A stretch of 64,000 nt of DNA, taken from contig MU004195.1 in assembly GCA_010093605.1 (NCBI GenBank), forward strand, positions 248,001-312,000, given 5' to 3'. The translations under genes and the position numbers were made by a program. The notes under the pieces are model-generated. The model made no database searches, had not been told where the DNA came from, and saw only the letters and a list, made by a program, of their open reading frames with translations. The number at the start of each line of letters is the position of its first letter. Within the stretch, counting starts at the first letter, position 1. Source of the DNA: Lophium mytilinum (taxonomy: Eukaryota). Positions 1-12,451 of this stretch are shown piece by piece.

Positions 1-233
1 GGTACCTGCAGCTCGAGCATGAGCTTCTCCCAGCAAATGATTCGCCGCCCTCGCTTGCACCGTCCGTGGTGTGATGACCCTCACTCCACACCATGTAGGC
101 CGATGTTTCTTCTTCTCAACATATCTAATTCTCCGCGCCCCCTTACTCCTGTCTCCAGGACCCGTCAAACTGCCCTGATTCTCCATGCATCTCCCGTAAA
201 AGGCCCTGCCATCCTGCGTGCAATTAGACCACC

Positions 234-1553
234 ATGGCCTCCGTCCGACCCTCATTGCAGCTATTGAAGCCGCCCTTCTTTCGCTCGAACTATGGGCCGA
301 GAGGACTCCTTCGCGTGGACTTCTTCACCCCCAAATCAGCCGGCCGGACCGTGAGACAGATGTCCGATGGCCTCCCCAAAGGCCCAAAACTGGGCAACGC
401 TGGCAAGAGACCCGTCTTTGGCGCAAAAGCTCGCCTCGCCGTTGGCATTCCTTTTGTCGGGCTGCTGATTTACTCAATGGCAAGCTCCCAGCTTCACAAC
501 CCGGCGTCAACCGCTAATGACCTAAACTAGGCCACTGGCGAACGACCCTCTAAAGCCGATACCCTCACTATCGCCGAGAAAGATGCCTTGACGAAGCAGG
601 AATCCGGCATCACTGAGCAGTCGCCAATGCGCCTGCGGATGGAAGCCTTTATAAAACAATACCAGAAAGAGATCGTCGCTGCCCTGGAAAAGGTTGACGG
701 CAAACCCTTCCTCGTCGATAGCTGGGACCGACCCGAAGGCGGCGGAGGCATCTCATGCGTGCTGCAAGACGGCAACGTCTTCGAGAAAGCAGGCGTCAAC
801 ATCTCCGTCGTATACGGCCGGCTCCCTCGCGCCGCCATCGCAAAGATGCGTGTGAACCACAAAGCGCTGGACCCGGACGTGGACTCCCTAGAGTTCTTTG
901 CCGCAGGCCTGAGCATGGTCCTCCATCCCTCGAACCCTATGGCGCCCACCGTCCACCTCAACTACCGCTACTTCGAGACCGCGGATGAGGCTGGCAACTC
1001 CAACGCATGGTGGTACGGCGGTGGCTGCGATCTTACGCCCTGCTACCTCTTCGATGAGGACGCGATACACTTCCACAACACGATCAAGGCAGCTTGCGAC
1101 AAGCACGATAAAGCATACTACCCGCGTTTCAAGAAGTGGTGCGACGAATACTTCAGCAACACGCACAGAGGGGAGACACGTGGTGTCGGTGGCATCTTCT
1201 TCGACGACCTCGACGAGACGGAGAAGGACCAAGAACAGCTCTTCGCCTTTGTGCAGGATTGTCTCGGCGCTTTCCTGCCATCCTACATCCCCATCATCAA
1301 TCGCCGCAAGGACATGCCCTTCACCGAGCATGAGAAGCAGTGGCAGCAGCTCCGTCGCGGCCGATATGTCGAGTTCAACCTCGTCCACGACCGCGGGACC
1401 GCGTTTGGCCTCAATGCCCCTGGCGCCCGTGTGGAGAGCATTCTGATGAGTTTGCCACTCACTGCTCGGTGGCAGTACATGCACTCTCCCGTACAGGGGA
1501 CGAGGGAGGAGCGCTTGCTGGATGTTTTGAAAAGGCCCAAAGAATGGGTTTGA
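234..1553 (+). CDS. HEM13: Oxygen-dependent coproporphyrinogen III oxidase; exons 234-479 and 531-1553, GC-AG intron 480-530
   Basis: Motifs [79 protein letters not shown]. Upstream exon joins in frame through GCAAGC...GCTAAT...CTAG. The 5' exon is less certain than the core. Confidence 0.95.
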
Positions 1554-2026
1554 TAATTTGCGTTGGTTAAAGCGACTAGAAAAAAGTGGTGCTTGTATAT
1601 TGCGCTGTGAATCATGATACCTTTGTACAAATATGTAGCATCAAAAATAGGCGTAGTATGCAATGTCATTGATCTGTGTACACCTGTTTCCTACTGTTTG
1701 TGGTGCTCCGACATGTTTTCACATACCTGAAAGTGGTGGAAGCGCATCCTTTTGAACATTTAACAAACCTGTTAAGCCACATCAGACAGTGGCAGCAGCG
1801 TGTGCACAGTAGATAAACTGGCACATCTTACTGCCATAGGCTGAAGCCGTTCAAGAGGCCAAGCAGCGTCCCCTTCTTGCTACCACGGCACCTCCTTTGC
1901 CTCACCTTTTGCGTGACCTAACCCGCGACATCATATCGGAGTGTCGACTCCATAAGCCTGAGCCACCAGTAGCTGAACTGAGCTTCCCCAACACCTCGAA
2001 GAGCGTCTAATCCTAGAGCCCAACCC

Positions 2027-2993
2027 TCACGTCTCCCACCTCGGCGTAGCAATAGCCCACCAATTGTCCTTCTCATACCCACTCTCCACCACCGCCCCCC
2101 CAGCCACAACAACATCCTCCTCCAGCTCGCCCTTCCTATACAAGTGATAATACCGCTGGAACGTCCTATCCCCACCTCCTTCTACTGGCATCGATACCGC
2201 CTCATCTGTCTCTGTCTTCGCCTCTGAGACATCCGATTCCTGTTCCCCCCGCTCCCCCTTACTTCGTTTCCGAGGCTTGACCTGCTTCGGCCCCTTCACA
2301 ACCCACGGCACCATAACGTCCTGCTCCCCGCCCTCCTCCCACCCCCGCCGACTCCCCTTCTGCTCCAGCGCCCACACGTATATCAGCGCCCTGCCCCCTT
2401 TTCTGAGGACCCCTAGGATCGCGGCTACCGCCTCCCGCCGCCGCGAGACTGTGCTTAGATGGTGCACGACCGCTATTGATATCGCAAAGTCAAAGGTCTT
2501 TAGCGGATGCGGTAACGCGAGGCTGTCCGCAACAATGGCGGACTGGGGTTGGTGCGAGGAAGCGATCTTTGCGAGGTTGGTCGACCGGTCGGAGGCGAGG
2601 ATGTAGATGGAGGGGTTGAGGGGGAGGTATTTGCCGTTGCCGCAGCCGATGTCGAGGCCGATGGAGCCTGGGGGGAGAGTGGTTAGGAATTGGGAGACGA
2701 TGGGCCAGGGCTGGGAGTGTGTTAGCGGGATGAGGAGATGGTACGGATAGAGATGGGAAGAGAAGAAGCAAGCGGGAGAGGGAGGATGAGGAAGCGGGGG
2801 AATTTGACAAGAAGAAAAGAGGGTACCATAAGGAATTAGGTGCTATGAGAGAAGGTGTGTGGGGAGAGAGGCATTGAATGTGGGCGACGCACACCTTGTA
2901 TCGTGTTGAGGAGAAGTGGGATGCGATTTGCTCATATACGGCATGAACATGCTCAGCTTCGTAGGCTTCGCCTCGCAGATCTGAGTCTGCCAT
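2027..2993 (-). CDS. TRM9: tRNA wobble-uridine carboxymethyl methyltransferase (Trm9/ALKBH8-MTase type); intron 2711-2894
   Basis: YEAEHVHAVYEQIASHFSSTRYK|PWP, SAM motif LDIGCGNGKY, DFAISIAVVHHLST, LIYVWALEQ, RYYHLYRKGEL, YEKDNWW. Confidence 0.92.
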
Positions 2994-3561
2994 GGCGAGC
3001 ACAAGAGGAGGGAATACTCAAGGTCGAGTCTTCATGGTGTTGATGCTGAAGTCGAGCATTGCGGGCAGTTTTGCTGACCTGTCCTGTCAAAGCTTTAGTT
3101 CCCCTTCGGGAATGCCGGGGCGAGAACTTCGTCCCCGACGTCAACGACGTCTTTTCTGATATACCACAACCTCACACCTGCACAGCTACCATCAATTGCA
3201 ACTCGGTTGCAGAACTCTTGCTTGTATCATTGCGAGGGATCTGCTCTCTCTCTGCTGTAGAAAAACTTCTCCACCAACCTCACAACCCTCCATGTTTTCG
3301 CACATACACCCCCGAGGACCCGCCAGCGACCGCTGGCAGCACACATTTCCCTTTATTCTCGTGTACAGTAGTATCTGCATGTGACTTTTGGTTTCTGTCC
3401 AATTTCTAGTCTCTTTTGGGGTCGAAAGTGTGCCGCTGTGATATTTTCACACCGCTGACCTTCACCTTTACCTTCACCTCTGTCGCTTCTATTGACTTCC
3501 TATTGTTCTTGCAATTTTCCTATTGTGAATCTTCCAATCCAGCCCTGTCCCAGCTTTCGCC

Positions 3562-5143
3562 ATGGCACCACTCCTATTGTCTTCAGCAATGCTCCCGGCC
3601 GGGAGAATAAGAACAATGGCTTCAATACGAAGGAAGAGAAGGCGCCGGGAGCTACTATATAAGCTTCTCGACGACATCTTGGGAATGATGAACTCCAAGT
3701 CCTCTTCGTCCTTCGAACTTCCTGTCTACGACTCAATTTCCCTGACATACCATCGTCTTTTCATCCCTCCGACAGCTGCTGGTCAGTTAGCCCTGGAGCA
3801 CCATCCTGCACGCACCGCCCTTGCAAAACTCCTCAACAACCCGATCAATTGGCAGTCTGCGACCAAAATGACGTTCGAGAACGAACGACGTCTCCGCCCT
3901 CGCAAGCTCAAGGGCGGCTCAGGTGTGCAAAAGACACGTCACGATAACGTGAGTTCAGCTTCATTCTCAACCCTCTTGTTTTCCTGATGGATTTTGACTA
4001 ACCTTTTGCCAGACCTCCCGAATCTCCAAGTCGTGGCCGCTACGCTGCACGAAGCTTCGCACCCCGAAGGGCCTCCACAACCCGCTGAACTTCTGTTACC
4101 GTCGTAGCGTTATGCAGTCCCTTTTACACCTCCCCCAGCTGCTGCATTGGATCGACTCCCATAATCGGGGTCTAAACGTCTGCGCTTTTGCCGCCCCTTC
4201 GACCAGCTCTGGAGCTCCCCCTAGTAGCGACAACCCAGCCAAAACTGCGCCGAAATCGCCGCAATGTCTAGCCTGTGAGATGAAAGCTCTGATTCCGCGC
4301 TACTGGGACCCAGAAAACCCTCACGCCGAGGTCCCCAGAGTCGCTGTAACTTCTTTTGACAACGTCGTCCGAGCCTCACCCGTCGTGCGCGCTTCTAGCC
4401 TCTCAATGCACGCTCAGGAGGACGCAGAGCAGTTCCTCTCGGTACTACTCAACGCGTTCGAGTCGTCAGTATCGTAAGTAACTCTTCGTTATGTCTCAAA
4501 ACGCCCAATGCTAACAGTTCCTACCAGAACCACCGCCTGGACGGACCAATTCGCGTCGCTGTTTCGCCTTCAAGCGACTAATACTGACACTTGCGCCTGC
4601 GGAACCGCCACACATCCTACTGCTGGTGCCGAAACCACCCTCCGCCTCCACCCAACTGGCCGAAATGACACCATTAATGCCGCATTTCGTCGCCATTTCA
4701 GCCCCACCAAGCTTGAGAAGCGCTGCGCTGCGTGCTCCGGTCCTGCCAAGAACGGCAAATTGCCACCAAGCCGCGTGCACACTCGCACACAAACCGTGGA
4801 CGCTGGCCCGGAGCTCCTTGTGGTTCAACTGACTATCTATGATGATTACGGCAACATTAGCAAGAATGGCACCAAGTTTGACGACTTCCTAGACCTCACG
4901 AAGTATCAAACGGACAAAGATCTGCCATTAAAGTACAAGTTGTCATCAGTAGTATGCCATCAAGGCGCGGCGATCACCGGAGGCCACTACGTGGCGCACG
5001 TGTCTGGCCCTCAGCGTACGCACATCATCTCGGACAAAGTTGTGCGCAAAACGTCCCCTCCAAGCCTCACAAGCGCGGCACAAGTCGTCCCGGGATTGGG
5101 CAGGTTCTCGCCGTATCTTCTCTTCTATGTGAAGATAGCGTAA
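3562..5143 (+). CDS. Ubiquitin-specific protease (peptidase C19/UCH)-like protein; introns 3949-4012 and 4474-4527; start codon uncertain
   Basis: Cys box KGLHNPLNFCYRRSVMQSLLH, QEDAEQFL box, His box YKLSSVVCHQG...GGHYVAHV, C-terminal PYLLFY; both introns restore frame. Confidence 0.8.
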
Positions 5144-5349
5144 ACGCTTAGGGGCCTCAGCGTAGTCGTGTCCGGTGGGTTGAGTGGTTGTTTTGGTTGT
5201 CTTTGGTGCATGTTTTCTCATTTCTGACCCCATTTTGGGGCCTTGAGTATATATTATCAGCTTATGTGTCCTTTTCTGCTTTTTCTGCTTCTTTTCCTTT
5301 TGTTGGAATATCTTTACGCATAGCATAGCCCGGTGTTCCGGTTATTTGT

Positions 5350-6350
5350 TAGTATATATACCCAGTGTGAATGAAGTCTTTTCTCTCTCATATATTGGAC
5401 CCCTATTGGTACGCACTTGACAATGTAGGTGCACGTCTCTGGTCCTCCATGCCTAATCATCTTTCAGAATCACATGATGTCATTTCCTGAGGTGTTCAGA
5501 TTGGAGCAGTCCTTTGACAGTGTAGGTGACCGTCTGTAGTCCTTCTGGCCTATCCACCCTTCAAAACCACATGATGTCATTTCCGGGGCGCCCAGATCAG
5601 AGCAGTCATTGCGAGGGTGCCCAGAATATAGAGAATCACGGCTCTCTCTCAATCGGACATGCTTTTTTACGCTTTTGGCAAGGTAGGCCACCGCCTCTAG
5701 CCCTCCAGGCCTATACGTCCTCCAAGATCACATGATGTCATTTCCGGGGCGCCCAGAGCAGAGCAGCGTTTGCGAGGGTACCTAGAATGGATAGATTGGT
5801 TGCCCTCTCTCATTCCGACGTGTTTAGATACGCTCTTGGCAGGATGGACTAGCGTCTGTGGTCCTCCGGGCCTATGCGTCTTTCAAATTTACGCGATGTC
5901 ATTTCAGGGGCATCTAGATTAGGACAGTGCTTGTGAGGGTATCTAGAATGGATAAATTAGCTGTCCTCTCTCAATCAGATATGTTTTGGTACGCTTTTGG
6001 CAGGTAGGATAACGTCTATGGCCCTCCAAGCCTATCCATCTTTTAATATCACACGATGTCATTTCCGGAGCGCCCAATCCAGAGCAGGCTTTGTGAGGGT
6101 ACCCAGAATGGATGAATTGTTTCTTTCTCTCAAATTGGGCATCACTCGCTACGCTTTTGGCAAGGTAGATACACGTCTATGGTCCTTCAGGCCTAATCAC
6201 CTCTCAAATTTGCAAGATGTGAATTCCTAGGGCGCTCAGAGTAAATCAGCCTTTGCACAATGTGAGCGCACTTCTGTGGTCCTCCATGCCTATCCATCTT
6301 TCGAAATCACAAGATGTCATTTTGTAAGGTGCTCAGATTAGAGCAGTCGC
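5350..6350. repeat. Degenerate non-coding tandem repeat, 161-bp and 97-bp units
   Basis: Anchor GATGTCATTT (variant GATGTGAATT at 6216) at 5476, 5573, 5734, 5895, 6055, 6216, 6313; spacings 97,161,161,160,161,97. Confidence 0.92.
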
Positions 6351-6611
6351 CCTGTAGTAACAATCAGGTTTTCGATTCCATGCTTTCTTATAGGTTTATG
6401 CGGTCATAGTTGTAAAAACCATGGTATCCGTCCCCCCTACCCCGAAAATGCCCAAAAACTCCCAAACAATGCCGCCATAGTGAGAGCGCTTTGCGCCAAA
6501 GAGTACAGTAAAACCGCCTTTTAGAGATGCCTGTGCCGCCTCTGGAGCATTCGAGCATCTCCATCGGTAGCCGGCAGCGGAAAATCACGCTTAACAAGGA
6601 ACCACGACCCG

Positions 6612-9600
6612 TCATCGCGTTTCCCACCAATGCTTCTTCCTCTCGCCCCCTCCTGCATTCTCCGCACTCCGATCCGTCCCCTTGGCGGCGAGGTGGTAGT
6701 CCCATCGCTCCCTCTGCTCCCAGAACCACCACCGGCCCAACATCTCTGCTTTCTGGATCCACTCGGCCGCCGCTTCGCCTTCTTCTCCTTCCATGTCTTT
6801 TTTGACCTTCTTGACCAGCTTTTCGATCGTCCATGCTTCGATCGGGTGCTCTTCTGCTGGGTCTTTCACTACATCTGTGAACCGGAGCTCCGAGCTCGAG
6901 CATAGAGGGAAGACCAATCGGTAAGAAGTTGCGGCAGACGAGATAACCATGACGCTGCCGCCTGGGTTGATGACGCCGAAGTACCAGAGCTGGCGTCCGT
7001 CTTTCTCGGGGACGAAGGTGCGGATGAGTGATTGGCCTTGGTATTGCTGAATCAAATGTTGTGCGGTTTCCGTGGCTGGAGCATCTAGCGAGTGGGTTTG
7101 AATGAGGAGGTCGAGGAGGGTTGGGATGATGGAAATGGAGGTTGTTTTGGCGTTAATCTGAACGCGAGGGAGGTTGGGGTGGACAAAAAGGAGGGGAACG
7201 CGGAAGTTGTTGATGTGGCCGTTTTCGAAAGTTGAGGTGCTACCGTCGATTGTGTCGAAGGTCATGCCGCTGAAACTGGGTTAGTAATGAAATGAAGGAA
7301 CCTGATAGGGTAGGAAAACGTACTGATCTCCGACTAATACGACGAGGGTTTCGTTAAGCACACCAACTTCTTCCAGCATATTGAAGATTGTGTAGATCCA
7401 CTCGTCTTGGTACTTGACCGTGTTTAGATAGGCGTTGAATGAGTCTTCAGCACCCCACCGGTTTCTCGCCATGTAGTCCTCATCTTTGCCCCAGTGCTTT
7501 GGAGTGGAATACGGATGGTGTGTTGAGCTTGTGATGTGAGACAAAAACAAGCGCTTGTTGCGTGCTTCCGCGTCCGTGAATAGATCGCGCATGTAAGGCA
7601 GCACCTCCGTCTCTGGAAACCCGAAATAATTGCTCTCAGGCTGTTTAGGTGGGTAATACTTTGAAGAGGAGTTTAGCAGTGTTGACTTCATAATGGCCTT
7701 CCGGAAACCCATATGATCGTCCAGAATGTCCTGTGAGTCGAATTGATCGGTAATTGATTGAACGATTACGGACTCCCAGTCTGAAGATAGGAAACTGTTC
7801 TCGGCATCGTCCCTCTCCTCCTTCGATGCAGTTTCGTTCTGGTGTTTGTTGAAAAGGTCTAGTATATGCGGGATACAAGGCTGGTAAATGTGGCCCTTCA
7901 CCTCCTCGGTGAAATCCACTGGTAATGGCTCTACGCCACAATGCCCGCCAACCAAGCTCTTGAAAGTATATCCCGCTCCAGTGTACGCTCCTTGGACATT
8001 GATGCCTCCGAAAGACTCGTTGAAGCGATCTGTCCATTTCGAAGGCGCAGCTCCATGAACTTCGTTGATTGCGAGGTTTTCGAAGCCCATAGACTCGCCT
8101 GTCAGTAAGCTGGCAATCGGTGTCATCTCGAAGAGCTTCTCGTCCAGCTTATGCATGTCATCGAAACGGCTCCAAGATTCCCGGATAATGTCGTGAATCC
8201 TGCTATCCTTTTTGAAGGGAAAGATGTCCTTCCGTGTACTTTCGAGCGTAAGCACTACGACATGCTTGATCGATGGTCGCGTTTCCTGATCTGCAAAGGC
8301 ATTACTAAGGCTGCCTAGGATGTCCTGGTCCAAATTGCTGATCCGCAACGGGTCGCAGCTTGGGTCATAAAACTTCAGGCTGTCGGTACCGTTCCGTGCA
8401 ACACACTTCGCGGACTGTGGCATCCAGCCAGCAAAATTCCCATCAGGCTGTTCCCAAGTCGCATTGGCAAGAAGTTTCTCAAACGGGAAGTTGACGGGCT
8501 TGGGCGGACGTGGTAGACAGAACTCGGAGTTCCTAGCATTGAAAAGCAAGGATCCGAAGAGCGTGAAGGGTAGTGAGCCTGACATGTGCGCGTAAGGCTG
8601 AGTCGTTGGGCGGACCACTTGAAGGACTGCACAACCACCGACAGCGGCAAGAACTGCAAGCACGACCAGCAGCGTCCTCCGTCTACTAGGGCCCACGGGC
8701 TTTTCCTCGAGTTCCCTGTCCGTGTGTTAGCACTTTCCTGAAGACAATGGCGCAAGTCGTGAGCCTGTGCCCGCCACTGTTCGAAATACGTCAAGGAATC
8801 ATAAGCCCATCGAAAGGCGGTGGATTGAGACCTCAACGCAAGGAGAAACCAGAGGGATCCGCCTTGCTGGCCTCAACGCGCCGCACTTCCAGATCTAATG
8901 ACCTCTTGAAGCATCTGAGTAGTGTTGTGTGCGGGATAGTAACTAGCGTGGGGGCAATAGATAGACATACTCTTCATCTGAGTCCTCGTCGTCGTCCGAG
9001 TGACGAGAGACTTTACTATAACCAGTGTTCTTCTTGAATACGACCTGACGGAGAGCTTTGAATGCCGAAGCAATGTCTCCAAACACTCTGTCAATGAAAT
9101 CGTAGTATCGCGGTGTGAGAAGCCAGGATATGGCAACGAAGCACAAGAAGGCCAGGGCAAATTTCGGGAAGCCAGACATGAGCAGCTTCATGCCGGCAGG
9201 GTCGTTCGCGAAGTTGCCAGCAGCGAGCCATTGCACTTCTCCGCCGGTTTCGAGGTAGAAAGAGACTTGGGCAGCAGAAGCAGAGGTAGTGATGAGGCTG
9301 GGTGGTAATTAGTATGGAGCGACGACTGGAGACGGATGCTGAACATACGTGAGCAGAGCTCCTGCAATCTTTCTAGGTACCTCGAGCTTGCTCCGGTCTT
9401 GTCGAAACAGCAGCGTCTTGGACAGAATGACTAGTAGGGCATCTGGCAAAAGGAAGGTCGGGAGGTAGAGGGTCGTCAGTATGATTGGAAGAGATATCCT
9501 GTGGCTATAGAGATGAAGCAGCTTGCTCGAGAAGGAAGAGACAGTTAGGAGAGTGAGTTGGAACTTGGTGTCCCATAGGAATGAAAAGAAGTTCAGCATC

Positions 9601-9656
9601 CTCGCCGCTCCCCGCATCACCGGTGGAGAACGCGTGCTGGTGTTGTGGTCTGCCAT
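6612..9656 (-). CDS. Membrane-anchored sulfatase/LTA-synthase-like (alkaline phosphatase superfamily) protein; introns 9298-9348, 8716-8970, 7270-7323
   Basis: N-terminal hydrophobic helices; KHVVVLTLESTRKD, FLSHITSSTHHPY, YLNTVKYQDEW, ETLVVLVGDHG (across intron), VPLLFVHP. Confidence 0.8.
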
Positions 9657-11839
9657 TGCACGCGAGAGAGCAAACGGCGAGCACACGATCACTGCGTCTC
9701 AGGCGGTGGTGTAGTTAGATGAAGCTAGGTCGCGTCACCGGTCTAGGTAGCAGAGAAGTAATGAAACGGAGGTCCCGGCGCCGCCTTGGGGGTACAAAGT
9801 CTGTGCATGGCAATTGCCCGTCGAAGAAGGCAGCTGCACTGCGCCGGGCGGTGTCAGCCTTTGAACTCATTCACCTGGACTGGAACCGACGCCGTATTCT
9901 AAAGAGCGCCTCTTCACCAACCCGCCGCCGCGCTCGACTGGGACGCAAGCGCAAAGCCCCCGTGGCCCCTGCGCATACGGGCTTAGATTCCTTCGATCCA
10001 TTCAGGGAGTGCAGAATCTGCCCTGGCGGTTGTACTGCGGCGTTGTTTGCTAAAAATACGGACTGCAGCATCTCCTAAGTAAGCGCGCTGCACCGCAAAG
10101 AATGCTCGTGTAACCCCCGAATATTCTTGTTCCTGTCGGAATATCCCATCGACTCCAGGACTGCTTCCAGCAAGAGGGGCGGTGCAAGTGGCCGCGCTGA
10201 TGGAATATTGAATAGCATGAGGTGATGGGGTTCCCTGCAGCGCCACAGACTCGGGGCCAGTGACAGTGTGCAGAGTATAGTGGCACCCAGATGGCGGGGA
10301 CGGCCCCTCATGCTAAACCAAGAGCGGCGTGTGGGCAGAAGAGCTGAGTGTAGCGGCTGAAGTTTTTGTTCAGGGGGCCGCAGAGTAGGTGAGTCTGGCC
10401 CAGCTGGCCTTTTGATTTTACTAAATCGCGCCATTTCTCGTATTCTTTCCCAACCCCTTCGCTTCTGACTAAGAAAAAGGACAACTGTTCTCGTCACGAG
10501 CGCGAGACACACCTTCACAACAGAGACGAGTTGCTGTTTCAGTTGGCCCGACACACATGCTGTGTGCCTTCCGCTGCCCCTGCAAGGCTTCGCCGCAACG
10601 AAACGTGCGGGATAATTCCCGGCGGCTCGCTGGTTGGTGTTTCAGACGACTTCCTCGGGTCAGGCGAGGCGATGCAAGGCAGACTTTAGGGAATCCTCCG
10701 GCGCTTCATGCCGCTGCTCGGAGACGGATTGCAAGAGGTGAGGTCGTTCAATCCTTCGGAAAGGCCACTAGGGAATCCTCGACCTAGCGGCTGTGGAGCC
10801 GTTGAAGCTACTTCTAGGCCCTTGACTTGACAGCGACGGCCCTGCACCGCAAAAGCTTGACCGCGGGAGCCGTGCCAACTGCTTCGCCCAATAGCAGACG
10901 CCGGCTGTGGCCCTACATCTGACACACCCATCAGACCGGCCCACTGCCTACCTGAGGAGTCATTTTGGCGCATCGATTGGGTGCGTAAAGCTGACGTGTC
11001 CCTCATTTCACGCCTCTTCTCCATGGTTGTCCTCTCCCGTTTCCTGCAGCATCATCATGATCACCGCTTCTTGCAAGGTCCTTGCTCCTTCTTCCACCTG
11101 CATGTCTCAGGCAATGCTAAGCTTCACCAAGCCTTGCCAAGCTTTGTAGCTATTCCAGATAGGGTTAAGGTAGGGTCAGATCTGTGAATGATAAGCGGGG
11201 GTCCCTGAGAACTTCCGACGTCCACTCGCATACAGTGGGTCCACCTGGCATGTCGCTAGCTTGAACCCTGGAGAGGATGGTTCTCAACACCTGGAAGATC
11301 CACGCAACGTACTGACTGGTGTGTGAAGAGATGCTGCCTGGACAATGACCGTGGCGGGGCCTTGGTCCGTTGTCACCCTTTTCCCCTTATTCGGAGCACC
11401 CAAGGTCAGTCGATAAGCCTTCAAGCGTTGCATCTCTCCCCTTTCGATGCCTACTTGATACGACTAGACAGACTGGCCATGGCGAGGTGATCGACCGATA
11501 AACAATCGACCGATGAAAAGCAAAGCTTACGTCCGCGGAATCCTACCGAAATATGCACGACAATCAAATGAGCTCACCGGAACGCATCAAACAAGTCACC
11601 GACACGTGATAAGCGATATCCAATCCACAGTCTCTGCACTATTGAAAGCCGCGTCATTCATCATTAAAGCTCTTATCTCCCACCAGCTAGCTTTGCGATT
11701 TCTATTTACACGACATGAGCTTGTAATTCCGACTTCACACCCTTCCAGTTTAGCGCATCTCAACATCCTTTCCTCGTACTGACTCCTCCAACTCCCTTCC
11801 CTTACCACTCAACCACGAAAAATACTTGCTCTTATTTGC

Positions 11840-12451
11840 TCACTTCACATACGGCCGTCCCCCCTTATGCTCAAACGGCGGCATATTCTCCATATTCTTG
11901 ATCGACGCATCACTCTCCCCGGCCTCAAGCCGCTTCACCAACCCTTCCGGATCAAACTCAATCCCCGCGGGATTCGCCGCAAACGCCGGCGTATCCATCG
12001 CGATCTTCGTCTCGGCAACCGACGCATAGTTATCACAGAACGTCTCGATATCATTGCCATCCGGATCCTTGTAGTAAATGCTGGTGGTCGGGCCGTGGTT
12101 GACGCACCAGTACGGCTCGATGCCGTTGGCCTTACGCTGCCTGTACGCCAGCGCGAGGTCGAAGAGATTGTCGAAGGCAAAGGCGACGTGCACGAGGCCG
12201 ACGGACGCGCGAACTTTCGGCTCGCACCATTCGAAGGCGCAGATGCCGATGCGGTGGTGTTCCTCGTCGTAGGTGATGAAGGCGTTGTGGTCGTCTTCGT
12301 AGTTCGCCTCTGCGTTCAGAAATGTCTTGTAGTAGTCCACCAGGTCATGGTAGGTCGAAACTTGCGTCTTCAACACGAAATGCGCGAGGTAGCTTGGTTT
12401 GAGGACGGTCTTGCCCGGGTTGGAAAGAGTGGGAGCTTTGGATGGTGCCAT
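11840..12451 (-). CDS. VOC-superfamily (glyoxalase/extradiol dioxygenase-like) protein
   Basis: LAHFVLKT, YDEEHHRIG, GLVHVAF, NHGPTTSIYYKDPDGNDIE; intronless; start taken at MAPSK. Confidence 0.82.
   Translation of the reverse strand: MAPSKAPTLSNPGKTVLKPSYLAHFVLKTQVSTYHDLVDYYKTFLNAEANYEDDHNAFITYDEEHHRIGICAFEWCEPKVRASVGLVHVAFAFDNLFDLALAYRQRKANGIEPYWCVNHGPTTSIYYKDPDGNDIETFCDNYASVAETKIAMDTPAFAANPAGIEFDPEGLVKRLEAGESDASIKNMENMPPFEHKGGRPYVK

Noticed and set aside
5350..6350. CRISPR-like array
   Set aside because: Whole units are homologous, there are no unique spacers and no cas genes, and the context is eukaryotic
11160..11176. Telomere-like TAGGGTTAAGGTAGGG
   Set aside because: Imperfect and under three units
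9700..11800. Many short ORFs and a GTTCAATCC B-box-like 9-mer near 10746
   Set aside because: No recognisable domains, no A box or cloverleaf; probably promoter/intergenic DNA
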